DNA from: Alphaproteobacteria bacterium
GTDB taxonomy: Bacteria > Pseudomonadota > Alphaproteobacteria > UBA11222
Direction: 5' to 3'
Assembly: GCA_023252275.1 (NCBI GenBank)
Contig: JAHHGO010000002.1
Span: 1 to 41,651, forward strand
Length of the DNA: 41,651 nt
Shown here: positions 1 to 10,240 of the stretch, piece after piece
Layout: the number at the start of each line of letters is the position of its first letter
Position numbering within the stretch: position 1 is the first letter of the stretch
Position numbers and translations under genes: made by a program
Notes under the pieces: model-generated
What the model saw: the letters and a program-made list of their open reading frames with translations, nothing else
Databases searched by the model: none
What the model was told of the DNA's origin: nothing

Positions 1-268
1 CGCCGTCAATCACGACAGTGCCGGGGCCATCACGCGACGCAACCAGCACGGGCGCGCCCTGCGTGCCGGAGTTCATGGGGGTAAAACGCATCTTTACGGC
101 GTAACGCCCCGGCGCGATTAATATTGTGGCGCCGGGGCGCGCCCCCGCGATCGCCGCGGTTAACTGAGCAGCATCCCTTACGAATACAGTCTCCGCCGCG
201 CCGGCCATCCCGGAACCCAGCAAACACACCACAGCCATTGCCGGCAGATATGCGCGCATGTTTATCAT
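1..268 (-). CDS. Secreted protein, N-terminal part only (gene runs off the window start); possibly a right-handed beta-helix / polysaccharide-lyase-like protein
   Basis: The minus-strand frame is open from ATG 268 (in-frame ATG also at 259) down to base 1. It is absent from the ORF track because no stop lies in the window. My translation, MINMRAYLPAMAVVCLLGSGMAGAAETVFVRDAAQLTAAIAGARPGATILIAPGRYAV..., has a signal-peptide-like start. An ATGA overlap with the stop of the upstream gene (265-268) suggests coupling. The fold guess is motif-level recall only. Confidence 0.4.
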   Translation of the reverse strand, partial: MINMRAYLPAMAVVCLLGSGMAGAAETVFVRDAAQLTAAIAGARPGATILIAPGRYAVKMRFTPMNSGTQGAPVLVASRDGPGTVVIDG

Positions 269-1122
269 GTAATCCTGACGCGCGCGAGCGGACGCGGCCT
301 TCCCGCGATATTCATCCGTGTACGGTAAATACACCCGCTGCCGCCTTCAACCTCCCGGTCCGGCCCGGTGACAATATAAAGATCGCGCCAATCCGAGCCG
401 CCAAAACACAGGCTAGTCACCAGCCGCGCGGGAACCTCTATGCGCGCAATTTCCCTGCCCGCAGTGTCATAGCCCAGCACGGCGCCGCCATAAGCCAGCG
501 CAATCCAGACCGAACCATCAGACGCCACCGCAAGGCCATCCGGCGAGCCGTTCCGTGTTGTCACGAATATGCGCGGCGGGCCCAGATCACCATTGGCGGC
601 CACGTCATACAGTTTGATGGCGTTCACCCCGGAATCGGAATGATAGAGCAGCTTTCCATCCAGCGAAAATCCAAGGCCGTTGGTCAGATGCACATCCTTG
701 CCCACAACACGATGACTGCCGTCAAGATCAACCAGATGCAGAAAAGCGGATTTGGGGCGTTCCTCGGCCAGCGCGCTTCCCGCCAGAGAGCCTGCATATA
801 TGCGCCCTGCATCATCGGTGACAAGATCGTTAAACCCCAGAATGCCGCCTGGGGGATTGTCGGGGATAAGATTGACCGTATCGCCGCCGCCCGGCGGCTT
901 ATAGGCAATGGTGCGGCCGCTGACGATCATGCCGCCCGAGACATGCATGGCCAGGCCGCCCATGCCCTTGCGGTGTGGCACAACCACAGAAATTTTGCCG
1001 TCCGCCGCCAGGCAATAGGCGCCGCCATTGGTGACATCGGTGAAAATCAACCCGCGCGCGGGATCAAACAATGGCCCTTCTATAAGCCCGTGGCCGCTGG
1101 ATAATTGTTGCAAAGCTTCCAT
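265..1122 (-). CDS. SMP-30/gluconolactonase/LRE-like (six-bladed beta-propeller lactonase family) protein
   Basis: The ORF reads MEALQQLSSGHGLIEGPLFDPARGLIFTDV...DGLAVASDGSVWIA...CFGGSDWRDLYIVT, which is typical of the family. I chose ATG 1122, preceded by GGGAGAG, over the longer track start at 1209. Confidence 0.8.
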   Translation of the reverse strand: MEALQQLSSGHGLIEGPLFDPARGLIFTDVTNGGAYCLAADGKISVVVPHRKGMGGLAMHVSGGMIVSGRTIAYKPPGGGDTVNLIPDNPPGGILGFNDLVTDDAGRIYAGSLAGSALAEERPKSAFLHLVDLDGSHRVVGKDVHLTNGLGFSLDGKLLYHSDSGVNAIKLYDVAANGDLGPPRIFVTTRNGSPDGLAVASDGSVWIALAYGGAVLGYDTAGREIARIEVPARLVTSLCFGGSDWRDLYIVTGPDREVEGGSGCIYRTRMNIAGRPRPLARVRIT

Positions 1123-1199
1123 GATCGGCTCTCCCAAATTTTGTGTTGCAGTGTTATGCTTGCCGCATTCGTTACATATCTTTTCAAGGAGCGCCCGCA

Positions 1200-1988
1200 A
1201 TGTCCACAAATTCCGAACCTGTACTGCTTGTTGAAGTATCCGGCGGGCTTGCTACGCTGACCCTGAACCGGCCGCAGGCCATGAATGCGCTGTCGAGCGA
1301 ATTGCGGGTGGCGCTGAGCGGCGCGATAGACAAGCTGTGCGCGGACCCTTCGGTTCGGGTGTTGATTCTGACAGGAGCAGGGCGCGCATTTTCCGCGGGC
1401 CTTGATCTGAAAGAACTGGGTAGCGGCGCAAGCCAGATTGGCGGCGTTCTGGATGGCGGCAATGTGGTGAAATCCCTGTCGCGCTTTCAGGGGCCGATTA
1501 TCGGGGCGATTAACGGCGCGGCGATCACCGGCGGGTTTGAGCTGGCGCTCGCCTGCGATGTGTTGATTGCATCCAGCACGGCGCGGTTTGCCGATACGCA
1601 TGTGCGGGTTGGCGTCATGCCGGGCTGGGGATTGAGCCAGAAATTGTCCCGCGCCATTGGCATTTCGCGCGCCAAGGAATTGTCATTGACCGGCAATTTC
1701 CTGCCGGCGGAACAGGCCGAAAGATGGGGGCTGGTCAACCGCGTCGTCGCGCCGGAAGAGTTGATGCCCGCCGCGCGCGCCCTGGCGCAGGATATGCTTT
1801 CAACAATTCCGGAAAATCTGATCGCCTATAAAAAGCTGATTGATGAAGGATTCGGCCAGGATTTCGCCACCGCAATGCAGACCGAACAGCGCATTTTCAA
1901 GGCCGCCGCCAAATCCGTCAGTTCAGAATCCATCGAGCGGCGGCGCGGGGAAATTCAGCAGCGCGGTCAATCGCAGGCCCAGCCATAA
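1200..1988 (+). CDS. Enoyl-CoA hydratase/isomerase (crotonase) family protein
   Basis: Crotonase signatures are present: LTLNRPQAMNALS, LTGAGRAFSAGLDLKE, INGAAITGGFELALACD. I chose ATG 1200, preceded by AAGGAG at 1185-1190. Confidence 0.85.
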   Translation: MSTNSEPVLLVEVSGGLATLTLNRPQAMNALSSELRVALSGAIDKLCADPSVRVLILTGAGRAFSAGLDLKELGSGASQIGGVLDGGNVVKSLSRFQGPIIGAINGAAITGGFELALACDVLIASSTARFADTHVRVGVMPGWGLSQKLSRAIGISRAKELSLTGNFLPAEQAERWGLVNRVVAPEELMPAARALAQDMLSTIPENLIAYKKLIDEGFGQDFATAMQTEQRIFKAAAKSVSSESIERRRGEIQQRGQSQAQP

Positions 1989-2015
1989 CCGGGCAGCCAC
2001 CCTCATACAACAGAT

Positions 2016-2049
2016 AGCGGGATGCGCGCCAACCGGCGTCCATCCCGCT
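2016..2049 (+). terminator. Hairpin downstream of the crotonase gene (possible terminator)
   Basis: A 9-bp stem, AGCGGGATG / CATCCCGCT, encloses a 16-nt loop, starting 28 nt after the stop codon. No clear U-tract follows. Confidence 0.35.
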
Positions 2050-2090
2050 GCTGATTCAAAATATCGTCAGTGGACGGAGAAGATTGCGCC

Positions 2091-3446
2091 ATGCCGCGTC
2101 AATTCCTTTCCTATATGATGGCGCAGACGCGCGATTTATTGCGGCTGGCGCTGCCGGTCATTGTGTCGCGCGCCAGCTTCATGACCATGGCGTTTGCCGA
2201 CACCTTGTTTGTCGGGCGCTATGGGGTCGCCGATCTGGGTTATCTGACCATCGGCAATGCGGTTATTTCGACACTCATCATGACATGCTTCGGCATATTG
2301 ATGGGAACATTGGTGATGAGCGCCAATGCGCATGGCGCGGGAAATTTTGCTGAATGCGGGCGGATATGGCGCCGCTCAATCCCCTATTCCGTTCTGATCG
2401 GCCTGGCCTGCGCCATTATCGGGCTGCTGTCGGAGCGTTTTTTGCGACTTTCCGGACAGAACTCGGATCTGGCCCGCGAAGGGGCGCGGATTGCAATCAT
2501 ACTCGGCCTTGGCGCGCCTTTTTTTCTGGGGCAGATGGCCTGCAGCTTTTTTCTGGAAGGTATCCGCCGCCCCATGCCCGGCATGATGATCATGCTGTTT
2601 GCCAATATTCTGAACATCGCCCTGAACTGGCTGTTTGTGTTCGGCAACCTGGGCCTGCCTGAAATGGGCGCAGCCGGATCGGCATGGGCGACCACGATAG
2701 GGCGTGTCGCCGCCTTTGGCCTGAGTGTGCTTTATATCTGGCATATGGCGGATCATGAAAAATTCGCCATCCGTGTCCGCCTGTTCAAGGGCTGGTGGCG
2801 GGATTGGCCAAACTGGCGCGCGCAGCGCCGGCTGGGCTATGCGCAGGGCGCCAGCAACACCATTGAGGCGGGCGCTTTTAACGCCATGACGTTGATGGCG
2901 GGAATTTTAGGCGTGGTGCCGCTGGCGGCCTATGGGATTTTGTTCAATCTGGTTGCACTGGCCTTCATGATTCCGATGGGCCTGGCAACTGCAACCGCCG
3001 TGCGGGCCGGGCAGGCGCATGGCGCACAGGACTGGCGCGGTGTCGCATCCGCCGGCTGGACCGGGCTGGGCGTAAGCAGTGTCATGCTGGGCGTTGTGGG
3101 CCTGATTTATATGAATTTTCCAATGCAGCTTGCTGGCTTTTACAGTTCGGAACAGGCCCTTATCGCTGCCGCCGCGCCGCTGATTGCATTTTCGGCGGTG
3201 CTGATCATCGCCGATGGCGCACAGGCCATCATGTCCAACGCCTTGCGCGGAATGGGCGACGGGTGGACGCCCGCCGCCATGCATCTGCTATCCTATGCCG
3301 GGATTATGATTCCCTTAGGCTGGCTGCTGACATTTACATGGCAGCGTGGCTCAATGGGCCTTGTCGAGGCGATCCTGATCGCCAGCCTGATTTCAGCCGC
3401 CATGCTGACCGGGCGGTTTTACAACCTCACCCGGTACAGCAGGTAA
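2091..3446 (+). CDS. MATE family multidrug/toxin efflux transporter
   Basis: The protein is about 450 aa and polytopic, with a MATE-like two-fold repeat organisation (LALPVIVSRASFMTMAFADTLFVGR ... ADGAQAIMSNALRGMGD). I prefer ATG 2091 to the GTG at 2070. Confidence 0.85.
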   Translation: MPRQFLSYMMAQTRDLLRLALPVIVSRASFMTMAFADTLFVGRYGVADLGYLTIGNAVISTLIMTCFGILMGTLVMSANAHGAGNFAECGRIWRRSIPYSVLIGLACAIIGLLSERFLRLSGQNSDLAREGARIAIILGLGAPFFLGQMACSFFLEGIRRPMPGMMIMLFANILNIALNWLFVFGNLGLPEMGAAGSAWATTIGRVAAFGLSVLYIWHMADHEKFAIRVRLFKGWWRDWPNWRAQRRLGYAQGASNTIEAGAFNAMTLMAGILGVVPLAAYGILFNLVALAFMIPMGLATATAVRAGQAHGAQDWRGVASAGWTGLGVSSVMLGVVGLIYMNFPMQLAGFYSSEQALIAAAAPLIAFSAVLIIADGAQAIMSNALRGMGDGWTPAAMHLLSYAGIMIPLGWLLTFTWQRGSMGLVEAILIASLISAAMLTGRFYNLTRYSR

Positions 3447-3451
3447 GCGCG

Positions 3452-3958
3452 TCAACCCGTCCGGCGATCGCGTTTTGCCTGCATGGGCTGATAAGCCATC
3501 TGGGCATGGCCTTCGCAATAGGGGCTGCCATCGCGCGACGAGCTGCCGCAAAATCTGAAGCCTTCATCGCCCGGATGTCCGATCGGCCATTTGCACATTT
3601 TATCGGTGACCTTCAGCAATGAAACGCTGGGGCCCAATGGAATTTCCGCCATTGGAATGATGGCGCGCAACTGCGGTTCAACCTGGCGCGGACGCGAAGG
3701 ATCGCCTGATTTTGCAAGCAGCGGAATTCGCCCCGCGCTGTTCAGGGGCCTTGGCTTTGAAGGCCGCGAGGCTGCCGCGCGGGCAGGACGTGGAGAACGG
3801 ACCGGAGATGGCCGTCCCGACAGGCCCAAACGGTGGGCTTTGCCAATTACTGCGTTTCGTGTGGTGGCTTCACCCAGCGCCGCGGCGATCTGACTTGCTG
3901 TCAGCCCGTCCGTCCAGAGCTTGGTCAAGAGGGCAATGCGTTCGTCTGTCCAGGCCAT
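3452..3958 (-). CDS. gcrA: GcrA cell-cycle regulator
   Basis: The N-terminus MAWTDERIALLTKLWTDGLTASQIAAALG..TRNAVIGKAHRLGL and the C-terminal CKWPIGHPGDEGFRFCG...YCEGH are the conserved GcrA N- and C-terminal blocks. The start is ATG 3958. Confidence 0.9.
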   Translation of the reverse strand: MAWTDERIALLTKLWTDGLTASQIAAALGEATTRNAVIGKAHRLGLSGRPSPVRSPRPARAAASRPSKPRPLNSAGRIPLLAKSGDPSRPRQVEPQLRAIIPMAEIPLGPSVSLLKVTDKMCKWPIGHPGDEGFRFCGSSSRDGSPYCEGHAQMAYQPMQAKRDRRTG

Positions 3959-4165
3959 AATATCCCCTTCATTTCGCGCAACTGCAAAGATTGTTAACAG
4001 CCCTAATCCAAGGAGAAACACCTGTTAACTACTAGGTATTGTAGCATGCGAGTTTCAAACTACAAGATAAACGTATTTCGGGAAGCCCCAATTTCATCAT
4101 TTCCTGTGCATAAAATGACGCAGGCCGCTTGCGTCACGCCCGCAAGCTGGGATAGGCATAAGCCC

Positions 4166-4990
4166 ATGAAGCATCAGAAGATTGATCCCGCCGGCATCCC
4201 CCCCTATGGCGCGGCGCGCATTCAGGGCGTTAACTGGCTCGGAGTATGGACCCTGTATGTCAAGGAGGTCCGGCGATTTTCGAATCTTTATCTGCAAACC
4301 ATACTGGCCCCGGTCGTCACCACGCTTTTATATTTTGCGATATTTGCGCTGGCCATCGGCGGCAGCCGGCCTGCGGTGCATGGCATTCCATTCACCGAAT
4401 TTCTGGCCCCCGGGCTGATCATGGTGGCGATCATACAGAACGCATTCGCCAATACGGCTTCATCCATTCTGGGCGCAAAAATCCAGGGCAATATTGTCGA
4501 TCTTCTGATGCCGCCATTATCGGATGGCGAGCTTGCCGCCGCTGTTATCATGGGCGGTGTAAGCCGGGGCATTGCCGTGGCGCTGGCCAATCTGATTGCG
4601 CTGTCGCCCTTTGTATCCTGGCAGCCGTCACATCCCTGGGCGGCTGTGTATTTCGGAATAATGGCCAGCATCTGCCTTTCAGCGGGCGGGCTGCTGTCCG
4701 GCATCTGGGCTGAGAAATTCGACCATATGGCCTCGGTGACGAATTTCGTCATTCTGCCATTGTCGTTCCTGTCGGGCAGTTTTTATTCCGTGGCGCTGTT
4801 GCCGCCCGTGTTTCAGATGATCAATTCCTTCAATCCATTTTTCTATCTGATCGATGGCATGCGCTATGGCTTTACGGGTGTGGCCGATAGCAATATCGCG
4901 CTTGGCATGGCTGTATCGGCCATGGCCGCAACCATCCTGTGGCTTACCTGCTATCTGGTGGTGAAGTCCGGCTGGCGGCTGAAACCATAG
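4166..4990 (+). CDS. ABC-2 type transporter permease (NodJ/YadH-like)
   Basis: The protein is polytopic, with the N-terminal WTLYVKEVRRFSNLYLQTILAPVVTTLLYFAIF motif typical of ABC-2 permeases. The start is uncertain: ATG 4166, or alternatively 4115 or 4046. Confidence 0.7.
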   Translation: MKHQKIDPAGIPPYGAARIQGVNWLGVWTLYVKEVRRFSNLYLQTILAPVVTTLLYFAIFALAIGGSRPAVHGIPFTEFLAPGLIMVAIIQNAFANTASSILGAKIQGNIVDLLMPPLSDGELAAAVIMGGVSRGIAVALANLIALSPFVSWQPSHPWAAVYFGIMASICLSAGGLLSGIWAEKFDHMASVTNFVILPLSFLSGSFYSVALLPPVFQMINSFNPFFYLIDGMRYGFTGVADSNIALGMAVSAMAATILWLTCYLVVKSGWRLKP

Positions 4991-5000
4991 AGATGAGACC

Positions 5001-5666
5001 CTAGCTTCTGACATGCTGCATCAGCGCGGCGGCGGCGGCATATGGGCACAGAGCCAGTGAACCCAGCAACAGCGCCAACAGCACAATCAAATGCGCCGCT
5101 GGGCCGATGCCAAACAGCGTTGCCTCGACACTGCCCGCGCCAAAAATCAGTACGGGAATATAAAGCGGCAACAGCAACAGGCTGAGCAGCATGCCGCCGC
5201 GCCGGACGCCAACCGTCAGCGCCGCACCTACAGCCCCGACAAGGCTTAGCGCCGGCGTGCCCAGTAGCATCGACAGCATTAATGTCAGCATGGTTTCATA
5301 TCCGAGATTGAAGGTCATCGCCACATAGGGGGTGGCAATAATCAGCGGCAGGCCAGTGGTCAGCCAGTGCGAAAAGACCTTGGTCAGCACCAGCGCCGAG
5401 GGTGAAAAAGAGGACAGCATCAAAAGATCCAGCGTGCCGTCTTCTTCGTCGGCCTGAAACATGCGATCCAGCGACAGCAGACAGGACAATAATGCGGAAA
5501 CCCACAATATTCCGGGAGCAATCCGCCGCAACAGAACAAGTTCAGGGCCTATGCCAAGCGGATACAGCGCAGCCGCCACAACAAAAAAGCCAACCGCCAT
5601 AGCCCCGCCGCCGCCGATGCGCGTCGCCAGCACCAGGTCCCGGATTACCAGAGAGCGGAATGTCAT
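5001..5666 (-). CDS. ccmB: Heme exporter protein CcmB
   Basis: A 221-aa polytopic protein containing LSLDRMFQADEEDGTLDLL, the CcmB signature region. It lies directly downstream of ccmA. Confidence 0.85.
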   Translation of the reverse strand: MTFRSLVIRDLVLATRIGGGGAMAVGFFVVAAALYPLGIGPELVLLRRIAPGILWVSALLSCLLSLDRMFQADEEDGTLDLLMLSSFSPSALVLTKVFSHWLTTGLPLIIATPYVAMTFNLGYETMLTLMLSMLLGTPALSLVGAVGAALTVGVRRGGMLLSLLLLPLYIPVLIFGAGSVEATLFGIGPAAHLIVLLALLLGSLALCPYAAAAALMQHVRS

Positions 5667-5675
5667 AATGCGTTC

Positions 5676-6317
5676 CTAACCGAAATGCAGATGCAGGCTT
5701 GGATTTACTCCGAAATCCGTGTGGCTGGCCATAATGACCAACCCGCCCGATTCGCGATGCCGTGCGATGAGTGCTGCCAATAAACGCTCTCCGCTCGCGT
5801 CCAGACTTACAGAGGGTTCGTCCAGCAGCCATAAGGGGCGCGGGATCGCCACCAGCCGCGCAAGATTGAGGCGGCGCTTTTGTCCGGCCGACAACAGGCG
5901 CGAAGGTATATCCGCCAGTCCGGCAATCTCCAGCGCCGCCAGCGCGTCATGTGTGCCATCCGTCACCAGCCCGCCGCCCCGGCCGCGTTTATATTCAATA
6001 TTCCGGCCCGCCAGCCCCATCCAGAAAACCAGATTTTCAGCGGCGCTGAAGGCGGGTTTGACCGGATCCTGATGGCCGATATAGAGCAGCTGGGATTGCA
6101 GGGACTGCCAGTCATCCGCAACCACATTGTCATCAAGCAGCAGCATTCCATCGGCGGGGCGCAGCAGCCCGGCCATCAGGCGCAGGAAGCTGGATTTGCC
6201 GCTGCCATTCGCGCCATTGAGAAAAATCATGCCGCCAGCGGACAATGTGAAATTGACCCCTGAGAATAATTGCCGCTCGCCCCGCACACAGGCAAGCCCC
6301 CGTCCCTCTAAGCGCAT
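5676..6317 (-). CDS. ccmA: Heme ABC exporter ATP-binding protein CcmA
   Basis: Walker A GANGSGKSS, signature LSAGQKRR and Walker B LWLLDEP are present, and the gene is adjacent to ccmB. The start is ATG 6317 (MRLEGRGLAC...). Confidence 0.85.
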   Translation of the reverse strand: MRLEGRGLACVRGERQLFSGVNFTLSAGGMIFLNGANGSGKSSFLRLMAGLLRPADGMLLLDDNVVADDWQSLQSQLLYIGHQDPVKPAFSAAENLVFWMGLAGRNIEYKRGRGGGLVTDGTHDALAALEIAGLADIPSRLLSAGQKRRLNLARLVAIPRPLWLLDEPSVSLDASGERLLAALIARHRESGGLVIMASHTDFGVNPSLHLHFG

Positions 6318-6443
6318 TTTATTTCCTAAAGTTCGTGACAAGACTATTAGACCTGCTGCAAGCACTTGGCAAATACAGGCTAACGACTATAGTGCAGTTA
6401 AGATTTTGTATCGATTCACCCAGCATTTTAAGGGAGCTCCGTC

Positions 6444-9149
6444 GTGACCGAATTTGGCCAGGATACGCTGAAAACCCGCCGCAAACTGAAAGTGGGCACA
6501 AAAAGCTATGATTATTTCAGCCTGAAAGCGGCGGAAAAAGCTGGCATCGGGGCGATTTCCCGGCTGCCATTTTCGCTCAAGGTGCTGCTGGAAAATCTGC
6601 TGCGCTGGGAAGATGGACGCACGGTTTCGGTGGACGATATCAAGGCGATTGGAAGCTGGCTGAAACAGCGCCGCAGCGATCGCGAAATTTCCTATCGCCC
6701 GGCGCGCGTGCTGATGCAGGATTTTACCGGCGTGCCCGCGGTGGTGGATCTGGCGGCCATGCGCAACGCCATGGTCGCGCTGGGCGGCAAGGCCAGCAAG
6801 ATCAATCCGCTGACCCCGGTTGATCTGGTGATCGATCATTCGGTGATGGTCGATTATGCCGGCGACGCCAAGGCGTTCAAACTGAATGTGGCCCGCGAAT
6901 ATGAGCGCAATATTGAGCGCTATGAATTTTTGCGCTGGGGCCAGGATGCGTTTGACAATTTCCGGGTGGTGCCACCAGGAACCGGCATCTGCCATCAGGT
7001 CAATCTGGAATATCTGGCGCAGACCGTATGGACCAAAAAGGACAAGACCAGCAACGGCAAGACCGTTGAGGTCGCCTATCCCGACACGCTGGTCGGCACC
7101 GACAGCCACACGACAATGGTCAATGGTCTGGCCGTATTGGGCTGGGGCGTGGGCGGCATCGAGGCCGAAGCCGCCATGCTGGGGCAGCCCGTATCCATGC
7201 TGATCCCCGAGGTGATCGGCTTCAAGCTGACCGGAAAATTGCGCGAAGGCATGACCGCCACCGATCTGGTGCTGACCATCACCCAGATGCTGCGCAAAAA
7301 GGGCGTGGTTGAAAAATTTGTCGAATTTTATGGCCCCGGCCTTGATGAATTGAGCCTGGCCGACCGCGCCACTATTTCCAACATGGCGCCGGAATATGGC
7401 GCGACCTGCGGCTTCTTTCCCATTGACAGCGAAACCATTGCCTATCTGAAAGCAACCGGCCGCAAGGCGGCCCAGATTGCCATGGTGGAAAAATACGCCA
7501 AGGCGCAGGGCATGTGGCGCACCTCGCGCACACCTGATCCCCTATTCACCGATTCGCTTGAACTGGATATGTCGAGCGTTGAGCCTTCGCTGGCCGGGCC
7601 GCGCCGTCCGCAGGACCGGGTTACGCTCGCCAATATCGCGCCGGAATTTTTACAGGCGCTGGCCAAGGATTATGGCAAGCAGGGCCAGGAAACAAAGCGC
7701 GTTCCCGTTGCCAAGTCCAAATATGATATCGGCCATGGCGATGTGTTGATCGCCGCGATCACCAGTTGCACCAACACCTCCAATCCAGGCGTGCTGATTG
7801 CCGCCGGACTTCTGGCGCGCAACGCGCTGGAGCTGGGTCTGAGCGTGAAGCCGTGGGTGAAAACCTCGCTCGCGCCCGGATCACAGGTCGTGACGGATTA
7901 TCTGAACAAAGCGGGCCTGTCGAAATATCTCGACAAGCTTGGCTTTAATCTTGTTGGCTATGGCTGCACCACCTGTATCGGCAATTCCGGCCCGCTGGCC
8001 GAACCCATTTCCGCCGCCGTCAAGGCGGGCGATCTGATTGCCGGATCGGTTTCGTCCGGCAACCGCAATTTCGAGGGGCGTATCAATCCCGATACGCAGG
8101 CCAATTATCTGGCCTCGCCGCCGCTGGTGGTGGCCTATGCCATTGCGGGCAACCTGGCCATCAATCTGACAAAAGACCCGATTGGCAAGGACAAAAAAGG
8201 CAAGCCGGTCTATCTGAAGGATGTCTGGCCGAGCAATAAGGAAATTGCCTCGGTCATGAAAAAATGCATCAGCGCCAAACTGTTCCGCGACCGCTATTCC
8301 GATGTGTTCAAGGGCGATGCGAACTGGCGCAAGATCAAGCCTGCGGCGGGTGAAACCTATAAATGGAATTCATCCTCAACCTATGTGCAGAACCCGCCTT
8401 ATTTCACCACCATGAAAAAAACCCCGGGCGGTTTCAGCGACATTAAGGGCGCGCGCGTTCTGGGCGTGTTTGGCGATTCCATCACGACCGATCATATCAG
8501 CCCGGCAGGTTCTATCGCGCTGAGCGGCCCGGCCGGAAAATATCTGTCGGCGCACAAGGTAACGCCGCTGGATTTCAATTCCTATGGGGCGCGGCGCGGC
8601 AATCATGAAGTGATGATGCGCGGCACCTTCGCCAATATCCGCATCAAGAACGAAATGCTGCCCGGCACCGAAGGCGGCGTGACCCGGCATTTGCCCGGCA
8701 GCACGCCGGTTTCGATTTATGACGCGGCTATGGCCTATCAGAAAGAAGGTGTGCCGCTGGTGATTTTCGCCGGCAAGGAATATGGCACCGGCTCCTCGCG
8801 CGACTGGGCGGCAAAGGGCCCCACGCTGCTGGGCGTCAAGGCGGTGGTTGCTGAATCCTTTGAGCGCATCCATCGTTCAAACCTTGTCGGCATGGGGATT
8901 TTGCCGTTGCAGTTTCTGCCGGGCGTCACCCGCAAGAGCCTGGGCATTACCGGCGAGGAAACCATCAGCATTGAAGGCATGGCGGCGGGCATCAAACCCA
9001 AAATGCATGTGCGCGCGACAATCACCGGCTCCGGAGGCAAGTCGCAAACTGTGCAACTGCTCTGCCGGATTGATACGCTCGACGAAGTGGAATATTTCCG
9101 CCATGGCGGCATATTGCATTATGTTTTGCGGAAGCTGGCGGCGGCCTGA
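6444..9149 (+). CDS. acnA: Aconitate hydratase A
   Basis: A 901-aa protein with the aconitase Fe-S ligand regions ([20 protein letters not shown]) and the C-terminal swivel domain. The start is GTG 6444. Confidence 0.95.
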   Translation: MTEFGQDTLKTRRKLKVGTKSYDYFSLKAAEKAGIGAISRLPFSLKVLLENLLRWEDGRTVSVDDIKAIGSWLKQRRSDREISYRPARVLMQDFTGVPAVVDLAAMRNAMVALGGKASKINPLTPVDLVIDHSVMVDYAGDAKAFKLNVAREYERNIERYEFLRWGQDAFDNFRVVPPGTGICHQVNLEYLAQTVWTKKDKTSNGKTVEVAYPDTLVGTDSHTTMVNGLAVLGWGVGGIEAEAAMLGQPVSMLIPEVIGFKLTGKLREGMTATDLVLTITQMLRKKGVVEKFVEFYGPGLDELSLADRATISNMAPEYGATCGFFPIDSETIAYLKATGRKAAQIAMVEKYAKAQGMWRTSRTPDPLFTDSLELDMSSVEPSLAGPRRPQDRVTLANIAPEFLQALAKDYGKQGQETKRVPVAKSKYDIGHGDVLIAAITSCTNTSNPGVLIAAGLLARNALELGLSVKPWVKTSLAPGSQVVTDYLNKAGLSKYLDKLGFNLVGYGCTTCIGNSGPLAEPISAAVKAGDLIAGSVSSGNRNFEGRINPDTQANYLASPPLVVAYAIAGNLAINLTKDPIGKDKKGKPVYLKDVWPSNKEIASVMKKCISAKLFRDRYSDVFKGDANWRKIKPAAGETYKWNSSSTYVQNPPYFTTMKKTPGGFSDIKGARVLGVFGDSITTDHISPAGSIALSGPAGKYLSAHKVTPLDFNSYGARRGNHEVMMRGTFANIRIKNEMLPGTEGGVTRHLPGSTPVSIYDAAMAYQKEGVPLVIFAGKEYGTGSSRDWAAKGPTLLGVKAVVAESFERIHRSNLVGMGILPLQFLPGVTRKSLGITGEETISIEGMAAGIKPKMHVRATITGSGGKSQTVQLLCRIDTLDEVEYFRHGGILHYVLRKLAAA

Positions 9150-10237
9150 TGATGCCAAAGCCACGCATGGCGCTGCCTGCAAGGATTGCGCTGCTCTATG
9201 GGCTTTGGCTTGGCTTGCAGGCGGGCGCAGCGCAGGCCGCCACCCTTCTGGTCAGCGATCCTGATAATCGTCAGGTGGTTTTTATCGACACCGTAACCGG
9301 GCAACGCCGCGGCGCGGCGGCGACCGGCGCAGGGCCACGCATGCTTGCCGTCAGCCCCAATGGGCAGCTTGCGCTGATCGGCAATTATGGCAGCGCAACG
9401 GCTGCCGGCAACACGCTTCAACTGCTCGACATTATGAGCGGGCGGATGCGCAGCACGATCAGTGTTGCGCCGCATCAGCGGCCATCGGCCATTCAGTGGT
9501 TGCCCGACGGGCGGCGCGCGCTGGTTGCCGTTCAGGGCGCGAAGTCGCTGCTGAAGGTCGATGCGCAGACGGGCCAGATCGAAGCCAGCTATGGCGCGAC
9601 GGCCGCCACGCCGCGGCAGTTCGTTATTTCGCGTGACGGACGGGCGGTTTTTCTGGCCGATCCGGCGGGCGATCATGTGCGCAAGATTGATCTGGCCACC
9701 GGCAAGGAAACCGCCATCAGCGAAACATCCGCAGCGGCGCAGAGCCTTGCCATTTCGTCGGATGGCGCAAGGCTGTGGGTGGTTGATCGCGGCAAGGATT
9801 CCATAAAGGTTCTGGATGGCGGCGATCTGCGGCTGATTGCCGAGCTGGATGCCGGCAATCTGCCCATGGGGGTGGCGCTGACGCCGAATGGGCGCTTTGC
9901 GCTGGTGTCGAATGCGCTTTCCGCCGATATTGCCGTCTATGACACTGCGTCTCTGGAGCAGACGCAACTGTTTTCAACCCGCAGCGTGGCGTCGGCCTCG
10001 CTTGAACCGCGTGGCGAGGAAGACAGATTCAGCGATGTAAAACGTCTGGCGCAGATTTCCATTCCGGTTGGCATTCTGGCCGCGCCGGACGGATTAAGCG
10101 CCTTTGTCATGAATAATTTTTCCGGTGAGATCATTCAGTTCGACATCTTCACCGGGGCGGCGCTGCATGTGTTTCAGGGCAGCCGCAGGGCTGGCGGCCT
10201 GGCCTTCTCGCCTGTCGCGGCAGGCGGGGGGCAGTAA
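9149..10237 (+). CDS. Secreted beta-propeller repeat protein (YVTN / YncE-like)
   Basis: It has a signal peptide (LWLGLQAGAAQA) followed by repeated blade-like units (..SPNGQ..., ..SRDGR..., ..SSDGARLWV.., ..TPNGRFALVSN..). The ATG overlaps the acnA stop by 1 nt (cTGATGatg). Confidence 0.6.
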   Translation: MMPKPRMALPARIALLYGLWLGLQAGAAQAATLLVSDPDNRQVVFIDTVTGQRRGAAATGAGPRMLAVSPNGQLALIGNYGSATAAGNTLQLLDIMSGRMRSTISVAPHQRPSAIQWLPDGRRALVAVQGAKSLLKVDAQTGQIEASYGATAATPRQFVISRDGRAVFLADPAGDHVRKIDLATGKETAISETSAAAQSLAISSDGARLWVVDRGKDSIKVLDGGDLRLIAELDAGNLPMGVALTPNGRFALVSNALSADIAVYDTASLEQTQLFSTRSVASASLEPRGEEDRFSDVKRLAQISIPVGILAAPDGLSAFVMNNFSGEIIQFDIFTGAALHVFQGSRRAGGLAFSPVAAGGGQ

Positions 10238-10240
10238 TAA

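Noticed and set aside
30-227. 65-aa minus-strand ORF from the track
   Set aside because: It is out of frame with the longer open frame (1-268), which has a signal peptide and ATGA coupling. Its Arg/Gly-rich composition looks non-coding.
124-1104. 326-aa plus-strand ORF
   Set aside because: It lies fully antisense to the well-supported SMP-30/gluconolactonase gene, has an Arg/Pro/Ala-rich composition and no recognisable motifs. This is a typical shadow ORF in GC-rich DNA.
6387-7109. 240-aa ORF antisense to acnA
   Set aside because: Shadow ORF inside a highly conserved gene. The same applies to 8376-8873, 8738-9112 and 9119-9967.
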